Assembly: GCA_963702095.1 (NCBI GenBank) | Contig: OY969706.1 | Location: 832,001-896,000, forward strand | Origin: Candidatus Bathyarchaeota archaeon | Lineage (GTDB): Archaea > Thermoproteota > Bathyarchaeia > Bathyarchaeales > Bathycorpusculaceae | Direction: 5' to 3' | DNA: 64,000 nucleotides | Shown here: positions 28,923 through 39,709 of the stretch, in pieces | Layout: every line of letters begins with the position of its first letter | Position numbering within the stretch: the first letter of the stretch is position 1 | Program-made: the position numbers and the translations under genes | The notes under the pieces: generated by a model | What the model was told of the DNA's origin: nothing | Database searches by the model: none | The model's input: only the letters and a program-made list of their open reading frames with translations

Positions 28923-30746
28923 TATTTGACCTTGGGGTTTTACTTGTGCGGTGATGTTTAGGTTGCCGCCGTTTGGCATCGCCTGCACAGCGTTAGTGAC
29001 CAGGTTGATTAGGACACGTTTTAGGAGTTGGGGGTCCGCTTTTATCTGGGGAAAATGACCCATAACTTGGGTTTCTACCATTATGTTGCTGGGTACGGCG
29101 ACGGTTTCTAAAACGTTGGTTATGAGGTCTTTTAGGTTGACGGGTTCTTTGTCTATTTTTACAGGCACCACAAACGCTTGCAGGTCTGAAACGATCTTGT
29201 CCATGTAGCCGATTTGTTCTTCAATAACGCGTATGCTTTCCTGCAGGTTGCTCTTTGCTTCGCCCGATGCCAGAGAATCCACGTCGCCCTTCGCCAGGTA
29301 CAGTTCGCCGGTTAAGGTTTGAAGGGGGTTGCGTAGGTCATGTCCAACCATGCCTGCGGTTTGTCCAATAGCGACTAAACGTTCCGTATCTTTAAGCTGC
29401 TTTGTGCGGTCTTGAATAATTTGTTCCAGTACCCCTGCTTGCCTCTCCAAGCTTTTCTGAAGTGCTTTTTGCTCGCTGATATCTCGGACAATGGACCATA
29501 TGCCTATGACTTTTCCTTTTCCATCAGTTAACCGCCAGGTTCTAACTGAAGCAGGAAAAACTGAACCATCCTCTCGTATGTATTCTCGCTCAAAAACAAA
29601 TGATCTGCCAGTCTGGATTACTTTGCTCGTAATTTTTTCCCTTTGCTCATGCCACTTTTCAGGCAGCAACTGCTTAACCGTTAACTGTTTTAGCTCTTTC
29701 TTGGTGTACCCCAACATTTTAGCGTAGGCTTGGTTGCAGTCAATCATTTTTCCCTCGAGGTCACGAGCCATAATTCCATCACGGGTTGTCTCATACAACC
29801 GCCTGTACCTTTTCTCCGCGGAAATCAGCGCCTGTTCTGCTTTTTTGCTTTCGGTTACATTGTGAGCAACTACTAGTGCGCCCCGTGGTTTTCCGTTCGC
29901 CCACATTAGCCTGACCTCAAAAACCCCCCAAAGGTCGCTTCCATCTTTAGTTTTTATGCGGTACTCAACCGTGGGGTTTACTTTTTTTCCCTCGGAGAGT
30001 CTTTGGAGTCGTTGTTCGAAGAGTCGCCTGCTTTCGGGATATAGCAGGTCCAAGGGGTTCATGTTTAATAGTTCTTGTTCGCTGTACCCCAAAAAATGGC
30101 ATACGGCATCGTTTACGTTTTTGAATTTTGAAGCCTGATAATCTATCTCGTAGATTCCTGTGGGCGCATGTTTTAGGAGGTAACGATATTTCTGTAGGCT
30201 CTCTTTTAAGTCCGCTTCAATTTGCCTACGTTCAGAGAGCTTCCGTTGATTTGCAAGTTTCTGATCAGTAATATCCATCAACGATGATATGCAATAACCC
30301 TTTTTTGGGCAATGAACGGTGGAGAAGTAGTAGCTCTTGCTGTTAGGATAGTGGACCTCAAATCCTTGAGGTATTCCCGTCGTCGCCACCCTGCCACAAA
30401 CAGAGACCCAGTTTACTGGACCATTTTCAATTCGCGGGTAAGCTTCGGCGAAGGTTCTATTGATCAATTGTTCTCTTTTTATTCCAAGGGCTTTTGAGAA
30501 TTCAGGGTTAACGTCAAGCGTTATGAAATCTACTGGAACGCCGTTTCTATCGTAAATAATTTTCTTTAACGCTATTCCCACAGATAAATTGTTAAAGAAA
30601 AACTCGAAGTGCCTGCGATTAACTGCTAACTCTTCAAAATAATCCTCTGCTGCTTTATCCTGGTCTATGATTTTTCTGGATACCTTTACGGTAGGAATCT
30701 GTTTTTTCGCTGTTTTCTGGGAAGTTTCGATAGTTGGCGACTTCAC
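28716..30746 (-). CDS. PAS-domain sensor histidine kinase (cytoplasmic)
   Basis: Three PAS domains, H-box HDLRNPL, N-box NLVTNAVQA, DTGVG, FTTK, GFGLAVC. Confidence 0.95.
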   Translation of the reverse strand: MKSPTIETSQKTAKKQIPTVKVSRKIIDQDKAAEDYFEELAVNRRHFEFFFNNLSVGIALKKIIYDRNGVPVDFITLDVNPEFSKALGIKREQLINRTFAEAYPRIENGPVNWVSVCGRVATTGIPQGFEVHYPNSKSYYFSTVHCPKKGYCISSLMDITDQKLANQRKLSERRQIEADLKESLQKYRYLLKHAPTGIYEIDYQASKFKNVNDAVCHFLGYSEQELLNMNPLDLLYPESRRLFEQRLQRLSEGKKVNPTVEYRIKTKDGSDLWGVFEVRLMWANGKPRGALVVAHNVTESKKAEQALISAEKRYRRLYETTRDGIMARDLEGKMIDCNQAYAKMLGYTKKELKQLTVKQLLPEKWHEQREKITSKVIQTGRSFVFEREYIREDGSVFPASVRTWRLTDGKGKVIGIWSIVRDISEQKALQKSLERQAGVLEQIIQDRTKQLKDTERLVAIGQTAGMVGHDLRNPLQTLTGELYLAKGDVDSLASGEAKSNLQESIRVIEEQIGYMDKIVSDLQAFVVPVKIDKEPVNLKDLITNVLETVAVPSNIMVETQVMGHFPQIKADPQLLKRVLINLVTNAVQAMPNGGNLNITAQVKPQGQISVTVQDTGVGIAEKIRNQIFTPLFTTKPRGQGFGLAVCKRVIEAHGGSIGFESTEGKGTQFKIQFPIS

Positions 30747-30854
30747 CTATCAGAGAACCCCATTCATAGTTGGGGGTTGTTTGAATAAAAAACTTTCCAA
30801 TATTTCCTTTTTCAACAGTCATTTTATAACTATATTTAATGAAAATTAGACAAA

Positions 30855-31736
30855 TCATTCTCTGTTGCCATTTAAAACGATTGAATATCTAAAGACACCG
30901 TTAGTCGGCGCCAACGAATAACTTAAACCAGCCCAAGAAAACCGCCGCATAGTACGCTCCCAACCCCGAAAAAGCCGCGCATCCACCCTTTTTTTTAGTG
31001 TAAAAGAAAGCAATCCATTACTGGTCTGCAGAGACGCCGCAGAAGCAGACACAGGGTCCCATGCGCCAATCTGTTTGCCTACCAAAGCGTTGCCGCTGCT
31101 GTCAACGTATTTTTGGAAGATACCCGAACCCTGCTCATTTAAAACTAGGATTTCTTGGCAATTGTTGAGGGTAACCTTGGAAAAGTCTGCTTCAACCTCG
31201 ATGCCGAAAGGTTGACAGTGGTACCGCACCGTGATTGTTCCCCTCGGCTTAACGGTTTGGAACTCGGTTTTTATTTTGAATAATTGGCGGGTTTCCATTA
31301 TTTTGTTGAAGAGAAAGTTAAGGTTTTTGTGTTTTAAATATAGACGCTGAAAGATTTTTCTAAGCGTTGAGTAAACATTATCGTTGATAGGGGTTGATTC
31401 ACCCAAAGTCTTGACTGACACAGTATTGAGGTTAAAGACTTTGGTGAGGATACAACCGCCGGATTCGCTCTCCTCAAAACTGACTTCCGCAGCATTGGAA
31501 AAAAAGGTTTTATCAGCGTACTTCACTATCGGAAGACCCAACCCTACGCCTTCCTCAATCAACTCTCTGTCCCCCCACAGCAGCACCAGCCCTTTTTGCA
31601 GCGACGCTGTTTCAAGGCAGCTGGGACGGCAATCCCTGTAGAGACGCACAGACAACCGACTCGAGAAGGGCACGGTGTATTGTTCTAGAAGACTGGTTGA
31701 AGCAAGGTTTGTTGGCAAAACAGCACCAAAAAACAA
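30855..31736 (-). CDS. Hypothetical protein
   Basis: 293-aa ORF, co-oriented with its neighbours. No motif recognised. Confidence 0.7.
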   Translation of the reverse strand: MFFGAVLPTNLASTSLLEQYTVPFSSRLSVRLYRDCRPSCLETASLQKGLVLLWGDRELIEEGVGLGLPIVKYADKTFFSNAAEVSFEESESGGCILTKVFNLNTVSVKTLGESTPINDNVYSTLRKIFQRLYLKHKNLNFLFNKIMETRQLFKIKTEFQTVKPRGTITVRYHCQPFGIEVEADFSKVTLNNCQEILVLNEQGSGIFQKYVDSSGNALVGKQIGAWDPVSASAASLQTSNGLLSFTLKKRVDARLFRGWERTMRRFSWAGLSYSLAPTNGVFRYSIVLNGNRE

Positions 31737-31773
31737 TTTGGCTATCCATCAACACATATAGGTGCATTGGCAA

Positions 31774-33030
31774 TTAAGACTGTTTCCTTTTAGCCGCGGC
31801 AGGCTGGTTCGAACCAACCTTAAAAAGTATGCCTAACGCGACGATGTACCAGACCACAGTGATTGCGAACCGAACCGCAAGCCGAACCGTGCCAAAATCA
31901 ACGTCAAAAGCCTCCTTAAGCGGTATAACAGGCGGATACACCAGAAAAAACAGTTGCGGCAAAGAGGCATTGAGAACAAGAAAGGCCAGTGGAACAATCC
32001 ATGCCCAGTGGAACCTTCTCACGCTCAGTATGCCCGCGCCTACCAGCATCAGCAGGAACGGAAACAGCAAATTGATGTTTTGCTCAGAAAGCCACGACCG
32101 GGACAGGAAGAAAATCAAAAGCAAAACCACAGCGCACTCCGCCAAATCCACCATTGAACGGGGTTTTCTGCGGTAAACCCAAATGAAACCAACTGCCAAC
32201 AGGGGAATCCAGAGGTAACCCAGAAACCACAAACCCGAGGACGTATCCGATTTACTAGCAAAAACGTCGCCAAGGTTAAAAATTGTCATGCCGCCGGCCA
32301 ATCGAAAATACGAACCCACTTCATTCGACGACGCGGGAGCAGCCCAATCAAGTAGGTAAAACGGCAAAAACCACAGTGCCAACACCACTGCCACGGTGAC
32401 TGTGGCTGCAACTGCCTTTTTTAGGGTGGCTTTGGAGGCGTAGAGCAGCGGCAGCCCAAGCAGGGGAAAAGATATGGGTTTTAAAACTAAACTCAGAGAA
32501 AGCAGCAGAGCAGACTCCGCGATTTTGCCTTGGCTTAAAAAGTAGACTCCGACGACACAGAGTAGCGCAACCAGTGTGTCGAATTGACCCCAAGCCACCG
32601 TAGTCAGCAAAGTGAAGGGGTTAAACAGCATAAAAAGCCATGCGAACCGCACGGTTTTTTGGGGCATATGCTGCTTCTGCATCAGGGTTTTGGTGGCGTA
32701 AGCGAGGGCGATGTTGGCGGCGATGATGGGGATTTTTGTGGCAAAATTGTAGAGAAAAATGTTACCCGTCAAATTGTAGGTTAAGCGGTAGATGAAGCCC
32801 AAGAGCAGCGTCCATAGAGGCGGATAACCAATGACGGGGTTTACTCCGTTGAGGTAGCTGCTGGAAGAAAAAACCGCTACAGTATATTGCTGGTAAGGGT
32901 TTAAGCCTACGCTTGCCAAGTAGCCAGCATCGAGGAAAACCCGCTGGTCAAAGTAGTGCCCCAGAAAAACCGCTAAAGGAACCTGTAAGCAGACACTTGC
33001 AAAAACAAGCCAAACGTCTCGGCTTAACAA
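31774..33030 (-). CDS. GT-C fold membrane glycosyltransferase (GT87/PIG-M-like)
   Basis: GHYFD, GYPPL, KIPII.A, LFNPFT..T..WGQFD, LKP, about 10 TM helices. Confidence 0.8.
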   Translation of the reverse strand: MLSRDVWLVFASVCLQVPLAVFLGHYFDQRVFLDAGYLASVGLNPYQQYTVAVFSSSSYLNGVNPVIGYPPLWTLLLGFIYRLTYNLTGNIFLYNFATKIPIIAANIALAYATKTLMQKQHMPQKTVRFAWLFMLFNPFTLLTTVAWGQFDTLVALLCVVGVYFLSQGKIAESALLLSLSLVLKPISFPLLGLPLLYASKATLKKAVAATVTVAVVLALWFLPFYLLDWAAPASSNEVGSYFRLAGGMTIFNLGDVFASKSDTSSGLWFLGYLWIPLLAVGFIWVYRRKPRSMVDLAECAVVLLLIFFLSRSWLSEQNINLLFPFLLMLVGAGILSVRRFHWAWIVPLAFLVLNASLPQLFFLVYPPVIPLKEAFDVDFGTVRLAVRFAITVVWYIVALGILFKVGSNQPAAAKRKQS

Positions 33031-33088
33031 AAAAACACCAATTTAGTTGACACTAAAAAACGTGGAGATAAGAAGAAAAAAGGATGAT

Positions 33089-34243
33089 TTATTTAGCAAT
33101 GACTGCGACTGGTCTTTTGAAAAGCTTAAGTTTACCCAGCAAAGCCGCGATCAACACTATGCCCAGCAAAACTGGGATTGCAAGTATAGGTAGTTCAGGG
33201 ACCCAGTTGGTTCCGTTGAACGCTAAGATTTTGCCGCTGTCGCCTACTGTCCACGCCTGAGTTGAACCGCCGTCGTTGTGAACTATGGACACGCCGTTGA
33301 GGTCAACATCTGCAACCTGTGAATCGCATTCCCAAACGTTGCCGCTCCAGTACATGACCATGCCGTTACTGCCGACTGCCCATCCTGCTGATTCATTAGT
33401 GAAAGCCATTGAATAAATGATTGAGTTAAGGCTACTTGTTGTGTTGCCAGTTCCGAATTGGAAGTTAGTGAACTGTGACCATGTTGTACCATTTAACATT
33501 AGGACTGTTCCTTGATCGCCTGTTCCGCCGGCTGCAAACGCTGATCCATCTGCAAATGCTTGAATCGCATAGAGGGGTGCAATTGTGTTACTTGTCATAG
33601 GTGACCAACTCTGTCCATCATAGTGTATTATGGTTCCGCCGTCGCCTACTGCCCAAGCGTCCATTGAAGCATCAACCACCGATACTGCTCGAAGTGTATT
33701 TTGGGAAACATCCGTCATTCCGTACCATGTGCCATCTCCCCAGACCAGTGCGATGCCATTAGCACCAACTATCCAACCAGTTGTGCCATCATGTGTCATC
33801 GTTACTGCGTAGAGGGTTGCGTTGATTGCATCACTACCGCTGCCGGCGGTGCTGAAGCTAACTACATTCCATTCACTCCATGTTCCGTTGTAGTGGAGTA
33901 TGACACCAGTGTTTCCGCTGCCACCGACTGCCCAGCCGTTAGTGGGGTTGGTGAAGGCTACGGAGTAAAGGTTCGCTGAAGTTGGACTCGTAACGGTAGT
34001 CCATGACATCCCATCCCAAAAGACGATGGTTCCGCCGTCGCCTACTGCCCAAGCGTTAAGTAGGGTCAAATCGTTGGTGCCATCACTGCCGGTTGCGTTG
34101 TTGACTATACATACTGCATTTAGGTTGGTTGATGTGGGGCTAGTGACGCTGGTAAGATTATTGTTCTGTGCTGCTGCTAAGCCGATTGAACCGCATAGAA
34201 GAACAGCTACAAGTGATATTGCTATTGTATTTGATAATTTCAT
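33089..34243 (-). CDS. Secreted beta-propeller repeat protein with VPE(L)P-CTERM sorting signal
   Basis: Signal peptide. Repeats of AWAVGDGGTI..(W/Y)DG.SW. C-terminus WVPELP, then TM, then KLKLFKR. Confidence 0.85.
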   Translation of the reverse strand: MKLSNTIAISLVAVLLCGSIGLAAAQNNNLTSVTSPTSTNLNAVCIVNNATGSDGTNDLTLLNAWAVGDGGTIVFWDGMSWTTVTSPTSANLYSVAFTNPTNGWAVGGSGNTGVILHYNGTWSEWNVVSFSTAGSGSDAINATLYAVTMTHDGTTGWIVGANGIALVWGDGTWYGMTDVSQNTLRAVSVVDASMDAWAVGDGGTIIHYDGQSWSPMTSNTIAPLYAIQAFADGSAFAAGGTGDQGTVLMLNGTTWSQFTNFQFGTGNTTSSLNSIIYSMAFTNESAGWAVGSNGMVMYWSGNVWECDSQVADVDLNGVSIVHNDGGSTQAWTVGDSGKILAFNGTNWVPELPILAIPVLLGIVLIAALLGKLKLFKRPVAVIAK

Positions 34244-34418
34244 TTCTCTATTTCACCTACCTAAAAATCTAGAAGTTAATGGGCTCCTCCGCGGTAATAT
34301 AAGTTTGTGACTGTACCTCAATAGCTACTTACAGACACCGAAGCATCGCTGTGACTGCGAAGGCACATCAACCATTGTTTTTGTAATAAAGTAGGTTACG
34401 GGTATTCTGGTGTAGGTT

Positions 34419-35376
34419 TTGGTTAAAGTTAAACAAGTAGGGGTTGACAGCGGCGCATTTGAACTCGGTTATAGTTTAATGTCTGAGGAACATCGACCGC
34501 TAGAGCTGGTACGCTACGCGCAGTTAGCGGAGGATGCGGGTTTCACGTTTGCGACAATTTCAGATCATTTCCACCCTTGGACCGATGCAACAGCTAACAG
34601 CCCCTTTGTCTGGGCAACAATCGGCGGAATCGTGGTTTCAACCAAGACACTGCGGCTCGGCACCGCAGTTACCTGTCCCACCATCCGTATCCACCCCGCG
34701 ATTATTGCACAGGCGGCGACGGCGGCTTCTATGATGCCTAACCGCTTCTTTTTAGGCGTAGGAACAGGCGAGAACCTCAACGAACACATTTTGGGTTCAG
34801 TTTGGCCGCCGCATGAAGTCCGTAGCGACATGCTTGAAGAAGCCGTCGAAGTCATCCGGCAATTGTGGAGTGGAAAAAACATCAGTTACTACGGAAACTA
34901 CTACGTTATTGAGAACGCAGAGATTTACACGCTTCCCAAAAGCCCCGTCCCCGTCATCGTAGCTGCGGAGGGACCAAAAATGGCTCATACCGCGGGGAAG
35001 ATCGGCGACGGCTTGATGAGCACCACACCTGACAAATCTTTTATAGCGGCGTTTAAAGAGGAATCGGCGGATGAGGATTTGCCGCTTTACTGCCAAGCCA
35101 CCGCCTGCTACGCAAAAGATGAGGCGGAAGCCAGGAAAATCGCCCATAAACAGTGGCCTATCACGGGGCTTCCCGGAGAATTAACCCGCGAGTTGCCCAC
35201 GCCCACATTTTTTGAACACGCCGCATCGTTAGTCACAGAAGAAACGGCGACCAAAACGGTAGCTTTCCTCGACGCGGGCTTCAAAAAGTGTCCATCCACA
35301 ACATTGGAGACCTAACCAAGAAGAATTCTTCAAGTTCTACAAAGAAAAAATAATACCTCAACTAAAAAACCTCTAA
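34419..35376 (+). CDS. F420-dependent LLM-class oxidoreductase (G6PDH-like family), 3' end disrupted
   Basis: ISDHFHPW, LGTAVTCP, GVGTGENLNEH. Frameshifts near 35285-35310. The alternative frames give HNIG.NQEEFFKFYKEKIIPQLKNL*. Confidence 0.85.
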
Positions 35377-35450
35377 GCGGTCCCGAGGGCTCTTTCGTAC
35401 CAATCACGGACCTACGCTTTAACAAGTTCTATAGAGCCCAAAAAGAACAG

Positions 35451-36152
35451 CTATACCGACTTAGGCTTTTCTGAGTTGGCTTTCTTTTGGAAAAACTGTT
35501 TTTTGTAGCCGAATAACCCAGCCAAAGTGAGAAGCACAGCTATGCTGAAGAGAACAAGGTAGAACAGGTGCGCCAGCCCCAACGCCACCGTCAACGAAGA
35601 TAGAAGCAACGATTCAGTGAAGGGATAGCCGATGGTGCTGGGCAACAACACTGTAGCTATGGGGATAATGAGCACCAAATTGGTTTTTTTGTAAGTGAAG
35701 AAAACCCGCCAGTCATTGGTTTTAAATAAGACCACCGTTGCAAAGAGGAACAGGAGTACCTCTAAGGTTATGTTGATAGGACTAAAGATGTCAAAGTAGG
35801 GACCGCCTAATTCGTGTAGTCCAAACTGTTGGTTGGTTAGGGGCCAGAACAGTTGAAGTTTGCCTCCGACGATGAAGTCGCCGATTAAGGGATGCGAGAT
35901 TAGGGCGAGGAAGTAGGGGATGGCTGTTTTGCGGTACTTGATAAAGATCGGGATGAAGACAAGCGCCGCTACAACAACGGAGTGGAAGGGTCCCCTGTGA
36001 ATGTGGGCACCGGTTAAGAAGTCAAATACTATGTCCGCGTCGGGCAGTATGGCAAGAACGAGAATTAACGGTATGATGATTTTTGTCTTTAGCGCCTTTG
36101 ACGAGCCTTTGCCTATAAGGTAGGCTAGAGCCATGTGTCCGACAGCAAACAA
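35451..36152 (-). CDS. Membrane-bound metal-dependent hydrolase (YdjM-like)
   Basis: GH, LPDAD, HRGPFHS, SHPLIGD, LFWPL. Confidence 0.88.
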   Translation of the reverse strand: MFAVGHMALAYLIGKGSSKALKTKIIIPLILVLAILPDADIVFDFLTGAHIHRGPFHSVVVAALVFIPIFIKYRKTAIPYFLALISHPLIGDFIVGGKLQLFWPLTNQQFGLHELGGPYFDIFSPINITLEVLLFLFATVVLFKTNDWRVFFTYKKTNLVLIIPIATVLLPSTIGYPFTESLLLSSLTVALGLAHLFYLVLFSIAVLLTLAGLFGYKKQFFQKKANSEKPKSV

Positions 36153-36310
36153 ACCGCTTCTTCTCCGACTTTAACTCTCACATTTCAGGTTTGGTTGGCT
36201 TTAAGGGTTTAGGGTCAAGTTTAGGTGAACGTTAGCTGCAACCAGAGGGTTGACAGAAAAACTAACGGACACAAATGGAAATCAAAAAGGCACTAATGGA
36301 ACAAGAATTT

Positions 36311-36446
36311 GCCTGTTCTGCTTGCGGAAAGCTCCACAACCAGCCTGCAACCCTTTGGCGTTGCAGAATAAAAAAACACAGTTGCCCCTTTGCCCACTGG
36401 AAGATGATGAGTAAGGGCGGCTCTGCCTTCATCTAACAATAGAAAA
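36311..36446 (+). repeat. Dispersed structured repeat, family A/B copy B1
   Basis: CTGTTCTGC-TTG-N12-CAA-N60-GAAGATGATG-N17-CTTCATCT. Confidence 0.85.
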
Positions 36447-36470
36447 AAAAATCAGGCACACAAAAAGGGT

Positions 36471-36686
36471 CTATGGGAAACCGACGACACGCATAAGAAC
36501 CGTTGCCAAAAAAGCCAGTCCACATCCAACCCCCGTGTACCTGAGCAACTGCTTATCAAGCACGATTCTCGAGGAGTAATAAGACGAAGAATACAGCAGT
36601 TCCGAAGTGGTAAGCAAAATAATCGCTGCCACTGCAAGCCAAAGACCAATATCGGGGATTGATAGAGGAAAAATCATAGTTTTCAC
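36471..36686 (-). CDS. Small 2-TM membrane protein
   Basis: FPLSIPDIGLWLAVAAIILLTTSELL... Coupled to the upstream gene. Confidence 0.75.
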   Translation of the reverse strand: MKTMIFPLSIPDIGLWLAVAAIILLTTSELLYSSSYYSSRIVLDKQLLRYTGVGCGLAFLATVLMRVVGFP

Positions 36687-37493
36687 CTAAACAAAAGTAT
36701 ACGTTACTAAAACACTGTTTCCGCCTGAAGGTATTTGTTCTTGGATAATCACGGTTTTGCCCGAGGTCTTAGCCAGTGCACTTGCTACTGCACTTACAAC
36801 TGGGCAGCCTAGCAGGTCAACGCTTCTGGGTTTACTCTCAGGATCATAGAGGCTGTCATAGATGATGCCTGAAGCTTTGAACTGGGCACCATTATGTGTC
36901 AGCGTCATGTCGGCGCTTCGGGCAAGATTAAGATTCTCAGTTAAACACTTGGGCAATATTGCTGAGAGGTCAGTTAGACCAATTTTGCTTAAATCCAATC
37001 GCAGTTGCCGCTCAACCTGAGCCATTATACCTGAACCCGGCGAAGTCACAAATACCCCGCGGCTTTGCGCAGAGATAAATTTGCCCTGCGCCAACTCGTC
37101 AACAGAGGGTTTCCCATCGAAGCTTTCTGAAATGAAAACCACGGGTTCACGTAGGTTCTTTAAGTAATCAGGCAAAGCCACGTCTCTTGGGTACGCGGGA
37201 ATGTAGTAGCCTCGTCCACTGTATTTTAAATCGTTAATCATGCGGTCAATGGTGGAATAGCTCGAGCGTGCACTGCTGTCGAGTATGCTGCCTTCAACGT
37301 ATTTCCCTGTTCGGGTTAACGCGAATACAGCACCCCAGAAAGTTAAGCCTAACCCGATGAAAGCGGCGATTTGCTGGTTGAAAAGCATGGAGAAGGCAAG
37401 CAATAAAAACCCAAGGGCTAAAAATCCGCCTGCAATACCCATTGCAGAGGTACTTTTCTTTTGAACTGGCTTCAAATTAAAAATCAACTCCAA
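36687..37493 (-). CDS. Hypothetical membrane-anchored protein
   Basis: Two N-terminal TM helices plus a soluble domain ending LGCPVVSAVASALAK. Confidence 0.8.
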   Translation of the reverse strand: MELIFNLKPVQKKSTSAMGIAGGFLALGFLLLAFSMLFNQQIAAFIGLGLTFWGAVFALTRTGKYVEGSILDSSARSSYSTIDRMINDLKYSGRGYYIPAYPRDVALPDYLKNLREPVVFISESFDGKPSVDELAQGKFISAQSRGVFVTSPGSGIMAQVERQLRLDLSKIGLTDLSAILPKCLTENLNLARSADMTLTHNGAQFKASGIIYDSLYDPESKPRSVDLLGCPVVSAVASALAKTSGKTVIIQEQIPSGGNSVLVTYTFV

Positions 37494-37558
37494 AAATTAT
37501 TACTAAAAAAACAGCTATGACGCTTCTAATATAACTACACAACCGTTATGTTTAAATT

Positions 37559-39293
37559 TTATCTATTTATTTCTGCGGGTTCAGCCGGAAGTTTCTTATC
37601 AAATTTGCTTCGGCACAACTTCTGCATGTAGGAAAGAGGCAGATGGAGGAATTTGGAGACTAATCCTGAACCTGAAAACATCGCGCGGAAATTCTCGATA
37701 TCCATACTGTTGATTGCACCCAACAGAGGCGCCGTAGCCAAATAAACCAGCAAAAACACGCTCAGACCAGCAAAAAGGGTCACAATGTAGGGCCAACGTA
37801 CCACGCTGATAAGCAAATACGCGACGCCCGAAGCAATGAGGGATGCGCCCAAAATTTTAGCTGAAATCACAAAATCAGCTTTTACCTTGTAGTGTTTCCA
37901 ACTCCAGACTAAACCCCAAATCATGCCTGGCAGGCTTGCGACGAGGGCCCCCAATAACCCGGCGATTATCGCATAGGTCGCTGCTACTTGACCGTTACCA
38001 CCCAAGTTATAGGCGAACGCCACCAGAAAATACGCAAGCGGCAACCCCACAGCTAAAGACAGGGCACTTTGCTTCATAATTTGTTTTGTTCTGGCCAATT
38101 CCTGTTTGGAAGGTGCCTATGCTGATGTTTCCCAATAGGACAAAGAGGTTTACGGTTGCGGAGAGCGCCAGAAATATGGGTGCCAAAGGAAACTTGGGGG
38201 TGGCGTCGGGGGTAAACAGGGAGTGGATTATGCCGTCCTGTGGAAACAAGGTGTTAACTAAAGGCGTCGCCAGGGTGATTAGCATCATTGTTGCGGGAAC
38301 CAGCAGCAGAGCCGTGTACTTAACTGAGGACGAAAAAACGGTTCTTATGAGTTCAGGTTCTTTTTCAGGGTTAATTTTTGAGAAAACGGGGAACAGGGCG
38401 GTGGCAACTGGAAAAGAAACGAAGGTCAAGATGACGGTGAAGTTGGTGGCAGTAAAATAGTTGCCCATTGTCCAGCCATAGGGGTTGCCTGCGGCGACGT
38501 CGCCTGCGCCAGCGTAGATGCCCATGGTGAGCGCGAAAACCAGCGGCAACACTCCGATGACGATGGTGGATACGGTGAGGGGTAAACCGAATTTTAACAT
38601 GGGTTTTAGGGTTTGTTTGACGTCGCATCTGCCCACTCTGCATTTCCGCAGGGGTCTGTAGAGGGCGTAGTAAACTATGACTATGCTGATGATGCCGCCA
38701 GCGAGAATTGAAACCATCGCTGCGTAGACCGCGCCCAATACGCCAAAACCAAGCACGATCAAGAGGGGACCCAGAGCGGTTTTGATGACAGCGGCGAAGA
38801 TTTGGGTGAAACTGTTAAGTTTCATGCGTTCATAACCGACGAATATGCCGCCTGCAGCAGCGGCGATGGCGCCTGCGAACACGGAGAGAGACATAACGGA
38901 GATGTAGAGGGATAACTGTGAGGCATCCTGTGGACTCATTATCCACGCGATGGGTTGAGCTACTGCGAAGCAGACCACTGACAGGAGGATTCCGCTGACG
39001 AGTTCGAAGATGACGCCTGAAACGATAACGTCATGGATTTCCGAGTCTTTACCCGCAACTCGTAAGCCAGCAATCTGCTTGGTCATCGCCGAGTTGATGC
39101 CCCAGTCCCGGAAGAAATTGATGATTGAGGAGGGAATCAAAGCCATGCCGTAGAGTCCGACGCCTTCGGCGGGCAGAAGCATCCCTAAAAGTATGGTGCC
39201 GACAGCCATGATGATGGTGGAGCCGGCGACGCCGAGTAGCAGGTGGAAGCTGCCGGTGGCGGAGGATTTGCCCATCTCTAAAGCTTTATCCAT
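37559..39293 (-). CDS. Oligosaccharide flippase (Wzx/MOP family), frameshift near 38095
   Basis: 12 or more TM helices, DWGINSAMTK, GVLGA, LKFGLPL, LFPVFSK. Split across ORFs 38007-39311 and 37559-38098. Confidence 0.9.
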
Positions 39294-39709
39294 TCCAGCA
39301 CCCCAAAACAAGATAAAAAATTAATTTTAGAAAATAATTTTATAGTCTTTCAAAAATAACTCAAAGCCCGGAGCCCATCCAACCCCTTGATAAGGACGCT
39401 TGGCAGTTCCGGATACAGTTTATGGAATATTGCAGCCCATCGAAACGCGGCTGGTCGAACGTGTCTATTCTGTTTTGTTAGCATTCGGTAGCTTTAGCCG
39501 TGGTGAGGGGTTGTGTTGTGGAGGGAAACGCTTCTGACATTTTTCTGCTGTCGTCCAAGGGGTCAATCTAGTGACAAGCGGCGTTCTCTAAGCTTGTTAA
39601 GTCCACTTTGCAATCCAACCGCTCGATTTGGCAAGATAGCGCATTGGACTTTTCAAAAAGGAATAAAATTGATTCAATCGTAGAGAGGTCAAATTCAGGA
39701 AGAGAGAAA

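Noticed and set aside
36409-36435. Box C (ATGATGA) in B repeats as C/D sRNA
   Set aside because: There is no matching CTGA box D, and the motif is the covarying equivalent of GTTGTTG in subfamily A.
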